Assembly: GCF_000281045.1 (NCBI RefSeq) | Contig: NW_008246089.1 | Location: 492,933-541,070 of the forward strand | Length of the DNA stretch: 48,138 nucleotides | DNA from: Saprolegnia diclina VS20 | Taxonomy: Eukaryota | Reading direction: 5' to 3' | Shown here: in pieces, positions 1-9,997 of the stretch | Numbering within the stretch: position 1 is the stretch's first letter | Layout: every line of letters begins with the position of its first letter | Position numbers and translations under genes: made by a program | Notes under the pieces: generated by a model | The model's database searches: none | What the model saw: the letters and a program-made list of their open reading frames with translations, nothing else | Told to the model about the DNA's origin: nothing

Positions 1-1396
1 AACGCCAACCTTTTTGAGCTCATACAACCCTCTACAATCGAGCAGCTCTCAGCGTTTCTCACTACAACGGTGGTCGAACCGGCCGACTACGAGGGGATTT
101 GCGCCCTTGACTTGTGCTCTGGCGCTGCGTGTGTGGTGTGGAGCTCAGTTTCACGACGTTGTCACTTGGCTAGAGACATTTCCGATCACAGTTCCTCAAG
201 GTCTTGTGCCGGCGGTGGTCCAGAGCATCCGTGAACTCCAGATCGAGACGACGCAGTACTTTCACTTTACCAACGACACGTCACATGTGCAGCTGTACCA
301 TGTACCGCTTCTGGCGCCGTCCGAGCGGCTCTGGGGCTCTACGGTGGGTGTTTCTTGTACGAGTGGACGACGGGTGCGCGCGAAGCCGTCCAGTTCACTT
401 GTGACGTAGGTACGATCACATCGCTCTCCCAGTGGACGCCGCCATTGAAGATGAGTCCCGATCCCGGAGAGGTCCCTGTGAGCTTTGCGTCGTTTTGTCA
501 AGGGTGTATTCTCTACGTCACAACCTTGCTCATTGCTGTCGCGGGGCTTGAGACCATCTACAGTCTCGGCCANNNNNNNNNNNNNNNNNNNNNNNNNNNN
601 NNNNNNNNNNNNNNNNNNNNNNNNNNNNNNNNNNNNNNNNNNNNNNNNNNNNNNNNNNNNNNNNNNNNNNNNNNNNNNNNNNNNNNNNNNNNNNNNNNNN
701 NNNNNNNNNNNNNNNNNNNNNNNNNNNNNNNNNNNNNNNNNNNNNNNNNNNNNNNNNNNNNNNNNNNNNNNNNNNNNNNNNNNNNNNNNNNNNNNNNNNN
801 NNNNNNNNNNNNNNNNNNNNNNNNNNNNNNNNNNNNNNNNNNNNNNNNNNNNNNNNNNNNNNNNNNNNNNNNNNNNNNNNNNNNNNNNNNNNNNNNNNNN
901 NNNNNNNNNNNNNNNNNNNNNNNNNNNNNNNNNNNNNNNNNNNNNNNNNNNNNNNNNNNNNNNNNNNNNNNNNNNNNNNNNNNNNNNNNNNNNNNNNNNN
1001 NNNNNNNNNNNNNNNNNNNNNNNNNNNNNNNNNNNNNNNNNNNNNNNNNNNNNNNNNNNNNNNNNNNNNNNNNNNNNNNNNNNNNNNNNNNNNNNNNNNN
1101 NNNNNNNNNNNNNNNNNNNNNNNNNNNNNNNNNNNNNNNNNNNNNNNNNNNNNNNNNNNNNNNNNNNNNNNNNNNNNNNNNNNNNNNNNNNNNNNNNNNN
1201 NNNNNNNNNNNNNNNNNNNNNNNNNNNNNNNNNNNNNNNNNNNNNNNNNNNNNNNNNNNNNNNNNNNNNNNNNNNNNNNNNNNNNNNNNNNNNNNNNNNN
1301 NNNNNNNACTTGTACATTTTTGATATCAAGACGTGGCGGTACATGACGCTCCCAGTGCCGCCGCTACCTAGCTTGGAACCATCTATGTGCGCTTGA
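1..1396 (+). pseudogene. 3' part of a disrupted paralog of the giant multi-TM protein at 19741-24843 (5'-truncated by the window edge, interrupted by the N-gap)
   Basis: Four segments match the C-terminal repeat of the 1701-aa ORF. Frame 1 (1-135) ..EGICALDLCSGAAC resembles EICAQDVRTPANC. Frame 2 (~140-338) reads ..IRELQIETTQY..PLLAPSERLWG. Frame 1 (340-572) FLYEWTTGAREAVQFTCDVGTITSLS..PGEVP resembles LLQWVQGMREVVTFQGDVASLTLIS..PDDVP. After the gap, 1310-1396 LYIFDIKTWRYMTLP..* resembles MYVFDLKTWRGYKLP. Two frame changes are needed (~135 and ~338), and frame 1 has a TGA at 232-234. Confidence 0.75.
573..1307. other. Assembly gap (N run)
   Basis: Run of n characters. Confidence 1.
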
Positions 1397-1552
1397 TTCC
1401 GGTCTGCGCTGCCGCTCAGCTACCTCGAGCATTGAGGCACATCGCCAGAATGTCATGGCGTTGCGTCGTGGGCAGGGACCTGGTCGTGGCTGGGTTTGGT
1501 TGAAGTTGAAGTGGGCGCCAAGGATTTTAAGGCCGTTCCAAATCATTTTTAT

Positions 1553-2401
1553 ATGCATTTGCGTTCGAACGGCCGATCTGGCCTTCTCTCCGCAGCTCAC
1601 TTTGCGACCAAGATGACGACGCACTGCGATCGCCCGACGCTGACGCGGTTTCTGGCCAAGGCCGGGGCGCTTCCCGAAGCGCAGTTGTGTGCGACGGACG
1701 CAAGCATGACGGTCGCCGATGCGACCTCGACCAAGGTGCCCACAAGCTCGCAGGTCGAGGCCATTGTGCGCAGCAGCAACTGCCGCGACTGGCTATCCCA
1801 GCTCGAAACTCTCGCCGGAAACGAGACGTGCTTGGAGCTGCAGCTTCTGACGCGCGTGTCATGGGACATGGCGACTACGTATTTGAAGGTGGCGAGCTAC
1901 CCGTTGGCCGAGGACGCGTGCCCACCCACCAAAGTGCAGTCGGCGATCTCATCGCTCTTCACCAACGCCAACTTGATGCCATGCTTGTCCGTCTCCGGTC
2001 TCTACACCACGTTTGCGATGCGGACACCGCCGAGCCAAGGACAGTTGGAGCAAGCGCGTACGAACCGGTACTGTCAAGGCCTCTACAGCGACCTGCAAGC
2101 GCTCGCAACGACGTTCCCCAACTGCAACGTGGACCAACAAGGCGTGCACATGAACGTCCACGCGCTCGACAACGTCTCGTTCGACTCGGTCGTCGACTGG
2201 GGCGAGCTTGCAGCAGCAGCAATGGCGGCGAAGCCGGGTCCTTTCTCGTTCGCGGAAGTGACGACGCCAAGGCCAATGTTTGTGCTGGCGCCCTTTCTGG
2301 TCATGGCCATCCTCTGCGTGGCCGTACTCGCAAAGGCACGCCGCGGGCGCTGGTATGCTTCGAGCTCCAAGGGCGAGCGTATGCGTCTACTTGGTGACTA
2401 A
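1553..2401 (+). CDS. Tandem double elicitin-like domain protein with C-terminal TM helix (paralog 1; start ATG 1553 or 1613, no evident signal peptide)
   Basis: Aligns by eye with the 2855 and 4245 ORFs (C..CATDA..SSQV.A...SSNC..C..VSW.M....ASYP...C...LMPC...PPSQGQL...C...PNC..D..GV...AL...SFD). Hydrophobic MFVLAPFLVMAILCVAVLA is followed by a short basic tail. Confidence 0.75.
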   Translation: MHLRSNGRSGLLSAAHFATKMTTHCDRPTLTRFLAKAGALPEAQLCATDASMTVADATSTKVPTSSQVEAIVRSSNCRDWLSQLETLAGNETCLELQLLTRVSWDMATTYLKVASYPLAEDACPPTKVQSAISSLFTNANLMPCLSVSGLYTTFAMRTPPSQGQLEQARTNRYCQGLYSDLQALATTFPNCNVDQQGVHMNVHALDNVSFDSVVDWGELAAAAMAAKPGPFSFAEVTTPRPMFVLAPFLVMAILCVAVLAKARRGRWYASSSKGERMRLLGD

Positions 2402-2814
2402 GCTAAACAATTAGCATTTCTTATTTCAGACGCGACTAACGTCCGTCGCGATCGGCTTACGCAGGCTGGCTACGCTTCCGCCGTCTTGCCAATGGGTATA
2501 ACTCGCGCCAAGAGGCTGCAAGCTGCCAGTACCTCTCGCCCTTGGTATGCACCGACGTCCATGCACGAGCAGTAGCATATCCTTCGCTTGCGACCCAGCG
2601 GCGGTCGACCTTGCCACACACGACCTCACCAGCTGGTGATTGTGTCAATTCCGGATGTTTTCCGGATGGATCGTTTTATTTTATATGGAAGTTTGTATGG
2701 GTTCGGTTCAGCAATCTGGTCCGACAACTTCAAGAGCCAACATTCTTGCTGAATCTTTCAGAATGCAGGCTGCGTGGTCTATGGCCATCGCCGATGGCGG
2801 ACGTCATAGGAAAA

Positions 2815-2830
2815 TCACTTTTGCATTTGC
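2815..2830 (+). promoter_or_regulatory. Oomycete INR+FPR core promoter element
   Basis: TCACTTTTGCATTTGC matches the YCAYTYY-N-MWTTTNC initiator/flanking promoter consensus and ends about 25 nt upstream of ATG 2855. Confidence 0.75.
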
Positions 2831-2854
2831 CTCCTCTTGTGCAGCTCAACAACC

Positions 2855-3718
2855 ATGAAGCTCTCGGCGCTCTTCCTCTCTGCCATGGCGACGACTGTGC
2901 TGGCCACGCAGAAGCATTGCACGAAGGCCGACTTTGAAGGGCTCAACACCCAGCTCACGGCCGACGTATCGTACACAGCGTGCGCCTCGGATGTCGGCGT
3001 GTCAGTCGAAGCTTTTGCCAAGATGAAGGAGCTTAAGCCGGAGCAGACGACGGCGCTCATTGGCAGTAGCAACTGCAAAGCGCTCTGGACCAAGGCCCAG
3101 ACGGCGGCCAAGGCCAACGGCTGCCTCGAGCTTTACTACGGATCGGAGATCACGTGGCCGATGGTGACGTCGATGCTCGAGGTCGGGTCGTACCCCAAGG
3201 TCACGGCGCGCTGCGACCAGGCCGACTTCCAGAAGGCCCTCGGCCCGCTCTTCCAGAACCAGAACATCATGCCGTGCTTCTCGGCCACTGGGCTCTACGC
3301 CAACCTCTTCACCAAGACGATGCCGACGAAGGAGCAGATCACGAACTTTGGCCAAAACGACTTTTGCCGCGCGCTCTACAACGATGCGATCAACCTCCTC
3401 TCGGGTCTGCCGCACTGCGCCGTTGACAGCAAGGGCTTTGACATCCACGCGATCGAGAAGCTCGACTTCGATAGCTTTGTTGGCTGGGTTTCGCTCGGCA
3501 GCGACTTTTTGCATCAGCAGGTGGCGCCGCAGCTCATGACGATGGCCATGGCTGCGCTCCAACCCGAAAGCGTTTCGGATGGCAGCAGCTCGACGCTCTT
3601 GGTCTCGGGCTCGGTGGCCGCGGGCTTTCTCCTCGCCTTTGTCGCGATGTTTGTGTACAACAAGGTGCGTGAAGAGCCTGCTCGCTACGGCGAGTCGTCG
3701 AGTCTCCTCCAGATTTAA
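2855..3718 (+). CDS. Tandem double elicitin-like domain type-I membrane protein (paralog 2)
   Basis: Signal peptide MKLSALFLSAMATTVLA. Two 4-Cys modules resemble the elicitin core (ACASDVGVS..KPEQ...SSNC; PCFSATG..MPTKEQ...DFC..LPHC). C-terminal TM helix and tail ending ESSSLLQI. Single exon with strong codon bias. Confidence 0.85.
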   Translation: MKLSALFLSAMATTVLATQKHCTKADFEGLNTQLTADVSYTACASDVGVSVEAFAKMKELKPEQTTALIGSSNCKALWTKAQTAAKANGCLELYYGSEITWPMVTSMLEVGSYPKVTARCDQADFQKALGPLFQNQNIMPCFSATGLYANLFTKTMPTKEQITNFGQNDFCRALYNDAINLLSGLPHCAVDSKGFDIHAIEKLDFDSFVGWVSLGSDFLHQQVAPQLMTMAMAALQPESVSDGSSSTLLVSGSVAAGFLLAFVAMFVYNKVREEPARYGESSSLLQI

Positions 3719-4228
3719 AAAAGTGCAGTGTCGTTTTGCCCATTGTACCCTTGGCTCTTGCGATGTAGAATAATGACGTGGCATTCGGAGGAAACAGGAT
3801 TTTCATTTGTTTTCAACGTGATTGGGCGAGAGGACAGCTCGAACTACAAGCCGACATCGCAGAGAAGTTATTGCACTTCGCAATGTACCCTTGCTGAGCC
3901 TATCGACTCGCAGGCTGATAATGCGGGCCACAAATAGGAAAAGCGGACGCATCATATCTTCAGTCCACCCGTGCTACCTTGTTGTCAACAACATCTACGT
4001 TCAGGTTGACCATAGCGTTACTTGGCGCGGCTCCCTTTGCTACCGATCGAATTCTTTGGGAGCTTGCAGAGCCCCACACGAGCGCGCGATGTGGCTGCGC
4101 GGGTGGGACTCGGTGAGGATGTGGCCCTGAATTCCGACACCACACAAATTTGGATTGCGTTGGACGTCGAGTGCAGTATGTCTATGACGCCACATCTTGC
4201 GATCTCCGTCATCAGGTCGCGCCTCGTG

Positions 4229-4244
4229 TCATTTTCAATTTGTC
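4229..4244 (+). promoter_or_regulatory. Oomycete INR+FPR core promoter element
   Basis: TCATTTTCAATTTGTC lies immediately upstream of ATG 4245. Confidence 0.6.
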
Positions 4245-5084
4245 ATGCAGCTATGTACGCTGCTTCTGCTGCCCGTCCTCGTGATGGCGCACCTACCACC
4301 TTGCACCCAGCGCAATCGGGACGAAGTGCTCTCGGCTGTCTCGCAAACGGCCTTGAGCACATCGTGCGCGACCGATGCGGGCGTATCGATGGCCGACTTA
4401 TTGGCCTTTGGGGCGTACACGCCAGCACAAGTGACGGCGGTGACGACCAGCCCACGCTGCAAGGAGCTTTTTGCGTATGCCCAAGCCGTTGCTAGCCAGC
4501 AGGCGTGCGCGGAAGCGGCGTCCATCAAGGAGGTGTCGTGGTCCATGGTCACCGAGGTCGCTCGGGTTGCCACGTACCCGCGGGTTGCGACACAGTGTCC
4601 ACCATTAGTGTTGCGGGACGCGCTCCAGTCGCTTGTTGCCAGCGCCTACTTGGCACCTTGCTTGGAAGCGGCCGACGTGAGCGTGTTGACAACGACACTT
4701 CCGACGCAAGCGCAATGGGACCGGCTGCGAGCGACGACGGCGTGCCGCGACTGGTTCCTCGAGGCTGACGCCGCGCTGTATCGTCTGCCACACTGCGCGA
4801 TTGACGCGTCCGGCGTCGACATTCACGCCTTGCGCCAGCTCTCCTTTGACACGTACGTCGACGTCTTGCAGTTCGTGTCCAACGTGTTTCGGAAGACAGC
4901 AACGACGCAGTTGCTGCAGTTGGCAGCGCGCTTAGCGGCACCGTCGACCGTCCGGCGTCCCGTGCTCATCGGTGTAGCACTTACGGGCGCCTTCTTGGTG
5001 GCGCTTGTGGCCCTTATTGTCTATCGCAAGGTGACGGCGCCGCGTCACGGCTACGAACACGTCGATATGATCGTCGACCCTTGA
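4245..5084 (+). CDS. Tandem double elicitin-like domain type-I membrane protein (paralog 3)
   Basis: Signal peptide MQLCTLLLLPVLVMA. LPTQAQWDRLRATTAC closely resembles the elicitin LPTTAQYKLMCASTAC segment. C-terminal TM helix, with GYEHV in the tail. Confidence 0.85.
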   Translation: MQLCTLLLLPVLVMAHLPPCTQRNRDEVLSAVSQTALSTSCATDAGVSMADLLAFGAYTPAQVTAVTTSPRCKELFAYAQAVASQQACAEAASIKEVSWSMVTEVARVATYPRVATQCPPLVLRDALQSLVASAYLAPCLEAADVSVLTTTLPTQAQWDRLRATTACRDWFLEADAALYRLPHCAIDASGVDIHALRQLSFDTYVDVLQFVSNVFRKTATTQLLQLAARLAAPSTVRRPVLIGVALTGAFLVALVALIVYRKVTAPRHGYEHVDMIVDP

Positions 5085-5665
5085 TCGTCGTCGCAACGTC
5101 GGGTGTCCCACTTAGTATGTTATTTTAACAAATTACTCTTCCAAAGTGTCTCCAACTTCAACCTGCGGTGGTCTCTGAAATGCCGTCAGAACGCGAGAAT
5201 GCAGCACAGGAACGCCCATGCTACGAGCCATTTCTAAGGTTAGTACACTCAATCGGCACCACGTTCGTACCATTATCTCTCTACTTGAGGTCGACGGGCT
5301 CCCTACCGGTAAGAGGTAAGGAGGTGACGTCCAGCTTTACCCAAGTTTGCGAGATTTGGATCTTGGGTGCGGTTTCTCAGCGCATAGAACAGGGTTGCTC
5401 ACGCCGAGGTGATAGATGGAGCGCGCGCCGCCTCGAAGCTTGCACCAAGCAGAGAACGCGACAAGGTGGGCAGTGCCAGCAGGTGAAGGCACTCGACTCG
5501 TGGCCACCGATGCGTTCTCGGTAGAAGCTCCACCGCTGGCGATCGAAACGACCTGCGCATGACGTGGCAGCGCCGCGAGCCGGTTGTCCGGAAGCCTCCG
5601 GATAACACTACGATCCATGATCCATGACAGTCCTGCCATTTCGAGATTTGTAACGCGCCGCTATC

Positions 5666-6385
5666 ATGCTGCGATCGCTCTTCTCCATGTGCGTCCCTGC
5701 GCAAGACCTGCCCATGGTGCATGTGCTATAAGATCTGCCGATGGCTTATGGCTGCGTAGAGCAAGGTGGACCCGCGAGGCCGCGACTCGGCGCGCGTGAC
5801 GACGCTGCCATCGCGCTACTGCGTGCGTGCCATCACCGACGTGGCGATCACGAGCTCGTCCACCGAGACGCAGGGCTCCGACGTCCATGTCGTACGTGCA
5901 GTACTTCTCGTGGGTGCATGGACGCATGCGGCGTAGGTCTACCGCATTGTCGTGTCCCGCCAAGGCGAGCGCTGGACGGTGCTTCGGCGGTACCGCCAAT
6001 TCCTCGAGCTGCACAACAAGGTACATTTCTTTGTCCATGACTGTGGTTCTAACGCTGGTTCGCTCCTGTTGTATGTAATAGCTCGTGCAGCTTCACGCGT
6101 GTACGCTGCAGTTCCCGGAGCGCGTCTACTTTCAAAACCGAGATCGCGCGGTCGTCGAGCAGCGCGAGGCGGCGCTCAACGTGTGCGTGGCAGTCTCCCT
6201 TGCGCTTCATCTTGACGCTTGGATGTAGGTACCTCAAAGCGCTCTTGGCCAACGAAACAATCAAAGACACGCCAGAGTTTCGCACGTTTGTCGGCGCCGA
6301 TGCCGATGGCAGCGGCAGCAAGTACACGCAGTTCAGCTACGCATACCGCAGCGGCCGCAAGCTCCTTAGCAGCGCGAGCTCGTAA
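5666..6385 (+). CDS. Small PX (phox homology) domain protein, 5 exons
   Basis: GT-AG introns at 5717-5759, 5892-5936, 6021-6081 and 6183-6228 splice to ..VYRIVVSRQGERWTVLRRYRQFLELHNKL..FPERVYFQNRDRAVVEQREAALNVYLKALL..PEFRTFV, the classic PX pattern (RRYxxF.LH..L, FP, R..L..YL). Confidence 0.85.
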
Positions 6386-6611
6386 ATGACGTCGCGCTCC
6401 GTATACTTGAAATCGCATGCGTAACAACTTCATGTATTATACTACAAACGCCCAAGTGTGCGCACCAAGATGCTAAAAGGAAGCGCAGTACACCACAGGT
6501 TATGTGCGAGAATCACTGAAGCCCCGACCATTTGCTACGTCCAAGCACATGTACACGTTGATTAGCTTCGAATGCGCGGTGAACCAGCAGCAATTCGGTT
6601 GATAAGTTAAT

Positions 6612-8977
6612 TTACTCCAAACTAAACCCGGTAATCTCCATTTGAATCACCTAATCCATTGTTATTTGTCAGTCCGTGCATTTAGACCAGACGTACGAGG
6701 CTCAGGTAGTTTTCGAGCTCGGTGCGGTCCTTGTACAGTGGCAAATCAATGCTACGCCATCCATGAGTCGTCGATTGAGGCGACGAGTCGCATCAAGCGT
6801 ACCGGTTGAAGCACGTGTGGGCTTTGGGGCAGAGACCCGCGGGCGGGTGGCCTCGCTGAACCACTTGAATGGTAAATTTGTGGATCTGGCCGCTAAAGCT
6901 TGTGAGGCCCTTGAAGCCCTCGACGGGGAGGCGGCTCGACCCGGTGGCAAACTGGAGCAGTCGGCCGCGCTCTTCGTCGCTAAAGCTCTCGACAACGCTC
7001 CAAAACCACTCGAGGACTTCGTTCTGCTTGACGCGCGACGCGCCAGGGATGTGGCGCACGGCCGAGTTCTTCTTCCAGTCGTCGACGCAAATACTGGGTA
7101 CGCCTAAGCATGCAATAGTATCAAGTTTGTATCAACCAAGGCAACGTATGGACGTACCGCACGTGTAAAACTCGAGCTCTTGGTAGTCAAAGACACTGAG
7201 CATGGCGCGGGGGATGATGTCATAGAGACCCGTGAGGAGCTCTTGGAGCGGCTCCGAGATGCTTATGAGCATCTTGTACTCGAGCACGAGGTTGAGGTAC
7301 TCGAGCTTGTTGGCGTCGTTGACTTCAATGTTGCGGCCATTCTCCTTCAGGTCGACTTCCCCGCCGTAGGCGCTTTGCTAACCGCTGCATATGAGCATTT
7401 GTATTGTCATTGCAAAGACGGTACGATGCTAAAGGTGAGTGCGAGCGCGTCGACGCCGGCGTTGTCACGGACCCAGAGGCAGTTGCGGTACAGCTCTTCG
7501 TCGAGAAACTCCAAGTCGGAAAACGAGATGGGCACACCCAGAATGTGCTTGAGAAGCGGCAGCGCCAGGTACGCGTCGAGCACCAAGCCCTCGAGGATAC
7601 CGCGGCCAAGGACCCAGCCCGCAAACCGAAAGTAGTGTAAATGGTACTTGCCAAGGGCGAGCTTGGACGCGGGGTTGATCCAGTAGCTTTGGTTCTCGGC
7701 GTGCGTCGTCGAGAAGAGGCCGAGCGGACCCGAGAAGAGCTCGGCGCAGACAAGCCCAAACCACTCGCGCAAAACACCGCCAGCATCTAGCGCGGCCTCG
7801 CCTTCGAAGGTCACTTGGAGATGCTCGTGGAAGCGGCCACGGTCGGCGGCCGCCGAGAAATGGGCGACCGAGTCCTCCAAGACGAACTGCCGCCGCACGA
7901 CTACATCTTCATGAGCCGACTCATCCAAGAAAGGCCAGTGATGTACGGATCGAGTGACAGGCTTCGTGGTACGGCACGGCGAGACGCGCGAGCTTCTTCA
8001 CAAACCACGTTTTCTTTTGGCTAAAGGGCAGCGCCATGAGGCCTTCGAGGTCGTACGCAAAGCCGTCCTCCAAGCACATGAGATCGTCGTCGTGGTCGTC
8101 CCCTACTCAAAGGCTTGACATTACGTCGCATGTTGAGATAAGATAGCTCTACCGGTGTGCGAGTTGGCCTTCTTCCAGACAAGCGTCCCAGTCTCGCGGT
8201 TGGTTTGCGTCACAAAGCCCATGGACGCCGCGTTCTTGCGGTGGAGCATCTCCTGGAGCGACGTCGGGAGCGCGCCCGTGCTGCCGCGCGGCTTGTTGGC
8301 GATCGACTGCAGAAACGTGTCGTCGAGGTTGCCGTCCGTGTTGATGAACGTCGACGTGCGCACCCAGACGTAGTTGCCGTTGGCGAGGTGCGCGCGCTGC
8401 CAGAGCCGGCGGCGCTTGGCTTGACGCTGGCGCTGGTTGAGCTGCATGTTGTGGCGACGGTACCGCAGTGCACGCTGGCGCGACTCGGGCAGCGATGTCG
8501 TCAATGTCCGGTCGTCGCCCGTATTGACGCCGCCATCTTCTTCGACGAAACCATCGACCGACGGCGCCGAGACGAGGAGCACGGTCGAGCCAAGCGTCTT
8601 GAGCGTTCGGTTGGACGAGAGCGCGGTGAGGTTCGAGCACTTGAGGTCGTTGATCATGACTAGTCGCCGCACCAGTGACGCCGGGGTGGAATGAGGAGGA
8701 GGATTCTACCTTCGGTGGCGCCGCAGAGCGAACACGTCGACTTGTCAGGGTGGTTGAGGTGCGCGCAAACGACGCACTGCCACTCGAAGCGGCCCTCTTC
8801 GAGAAAACTGTCCTTCAAGTTTTCGCGCAAGAGTGGCTCGTCCGACGGCGCAAAGATGAGCCCGTCGAGGTTGCCCTGCATGTCCTCGTACTTGCGCAGG
8901 CAGTAGCCCGTGAGGAGGACGCCGGCGACGCCTGCCAAGGACACGAGGATGATGAACGTCGGCGTGTCCATACCCAT
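6612..8977 (-). CDS. HECT E3 ubiquitin ligase with N-terminal TM helix and RanBP2-type zinc finger (copy A, multi-exon)
   Basis: TM FIILVSLAGVAGVLLTGYCL; WQCVVCAHLNHPDKSTCSLC (W-x-C-x2-C-x3-N-x6-C-x2-C); HECT motifs F.GEAALDAGGVLREWF, WFW, RLLQFATGSSRLPVEGF and catalytic PKAHTCFNR; last exon VIQMEITGFSLE*. About seven short GT-AG introns. Confidence 0.9.
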
Positions 8978-9746
8978 GCTCGCCGTGTTCTTCCTGCGAG
9001 TGTAATGACCAGCGCTTGGCGCAAATCGCAATGCCATGGTCCTCTACCATGCGGTAAACTCAGGCGACGTCCTGATTTTCAGATTATGATTCGGACTTGT
9101 CCCAATTCAACGACCAGCTGCCGACATTCGTGCAGAAAGCCCAGTGACGTGCTGCGTCAGAGAACTGGAGCCAGCGCCAGCATGACGACCTACGGTAGGA
9201 TCAGGCTCCGGATCATGCGCCGACCAAGGAACATGGAGGAGGAGGGGTACGGAGGAAGGTCTGCGGGAAGCACATGCAGCGATGGACCTACATGCTCCAT
9301 GCTCGGTGACATGGGTAGATGATGAGTACAATGGTCTCTTCTCCGTGCGACCAGCAGCGTCACCCATCATAGCATCACCGTCGCAGAACCGACTTGCAAC
9401 TGCTTCCTTCGCATGGACTGAGCCATGAAAGACGATCGAGACCTGACTTCATGGAGATCTTCATGGTCATATTCTCCTTTCGGATTCCCACAAGCATGCA
9501 TGATCCCAGCGTCATCCGTCACATGTTGCTGTGGGCAGGGGGTACACAGGTACACACCCTCATGCCCACGGCCGCTACCATCCTCGGCTCCTTTCATCCT
9601 TTGCCTTCATGATCATCCTTGGTCTCCAAACATCATCCTATCGCTAACCATCGTTCCTGACGTTCCGCGCGCCATGCAGGCGTTCGCTTCTTCGTCCCTA
9701 CCAACGCCATCGTCGTCGTCGCACCCCGCAGCAGCAGTAGCAACAA

Positions 9747-9845
9747 CTACCCACTACCTCCTACCTCTACCCACTGCCTCCTACCTCGGGCGCATCATAT
9801 CGTCCAGGTCTTCCTCGTCCGCGTCTCCAGGTCTTCCTCGTCCGC
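9747..9845. repeat. Two short direct duplications
   Basis: CTACCCACT[A/G]CCTCCTACCT x2 (9747-9786) and TCCAGGTCTTCCTCGTCCGC x2 (9803-9822, 9826-9845). Confidence 0.8.
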
Positions 9846-9997
9846 TTCCCGATCGATCGGCTTCTTTTTCGACACCACTTGACGATTGTATGGAAACGCG
9901 GGCCACGTGGCGATACAAACAGCAAGTGTAAAATCTGCCGGATACGTGGCGCGATTTCCGGAGTCGCCGAAGCTGTTTGGTCACAAGACCTTTTGCC

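Noticed and set aside
262..1344. 360-aa minus-strand ORF across the first gap
   Set aside because: Its length is an artefact of Ns; the plus strand carries the homology.
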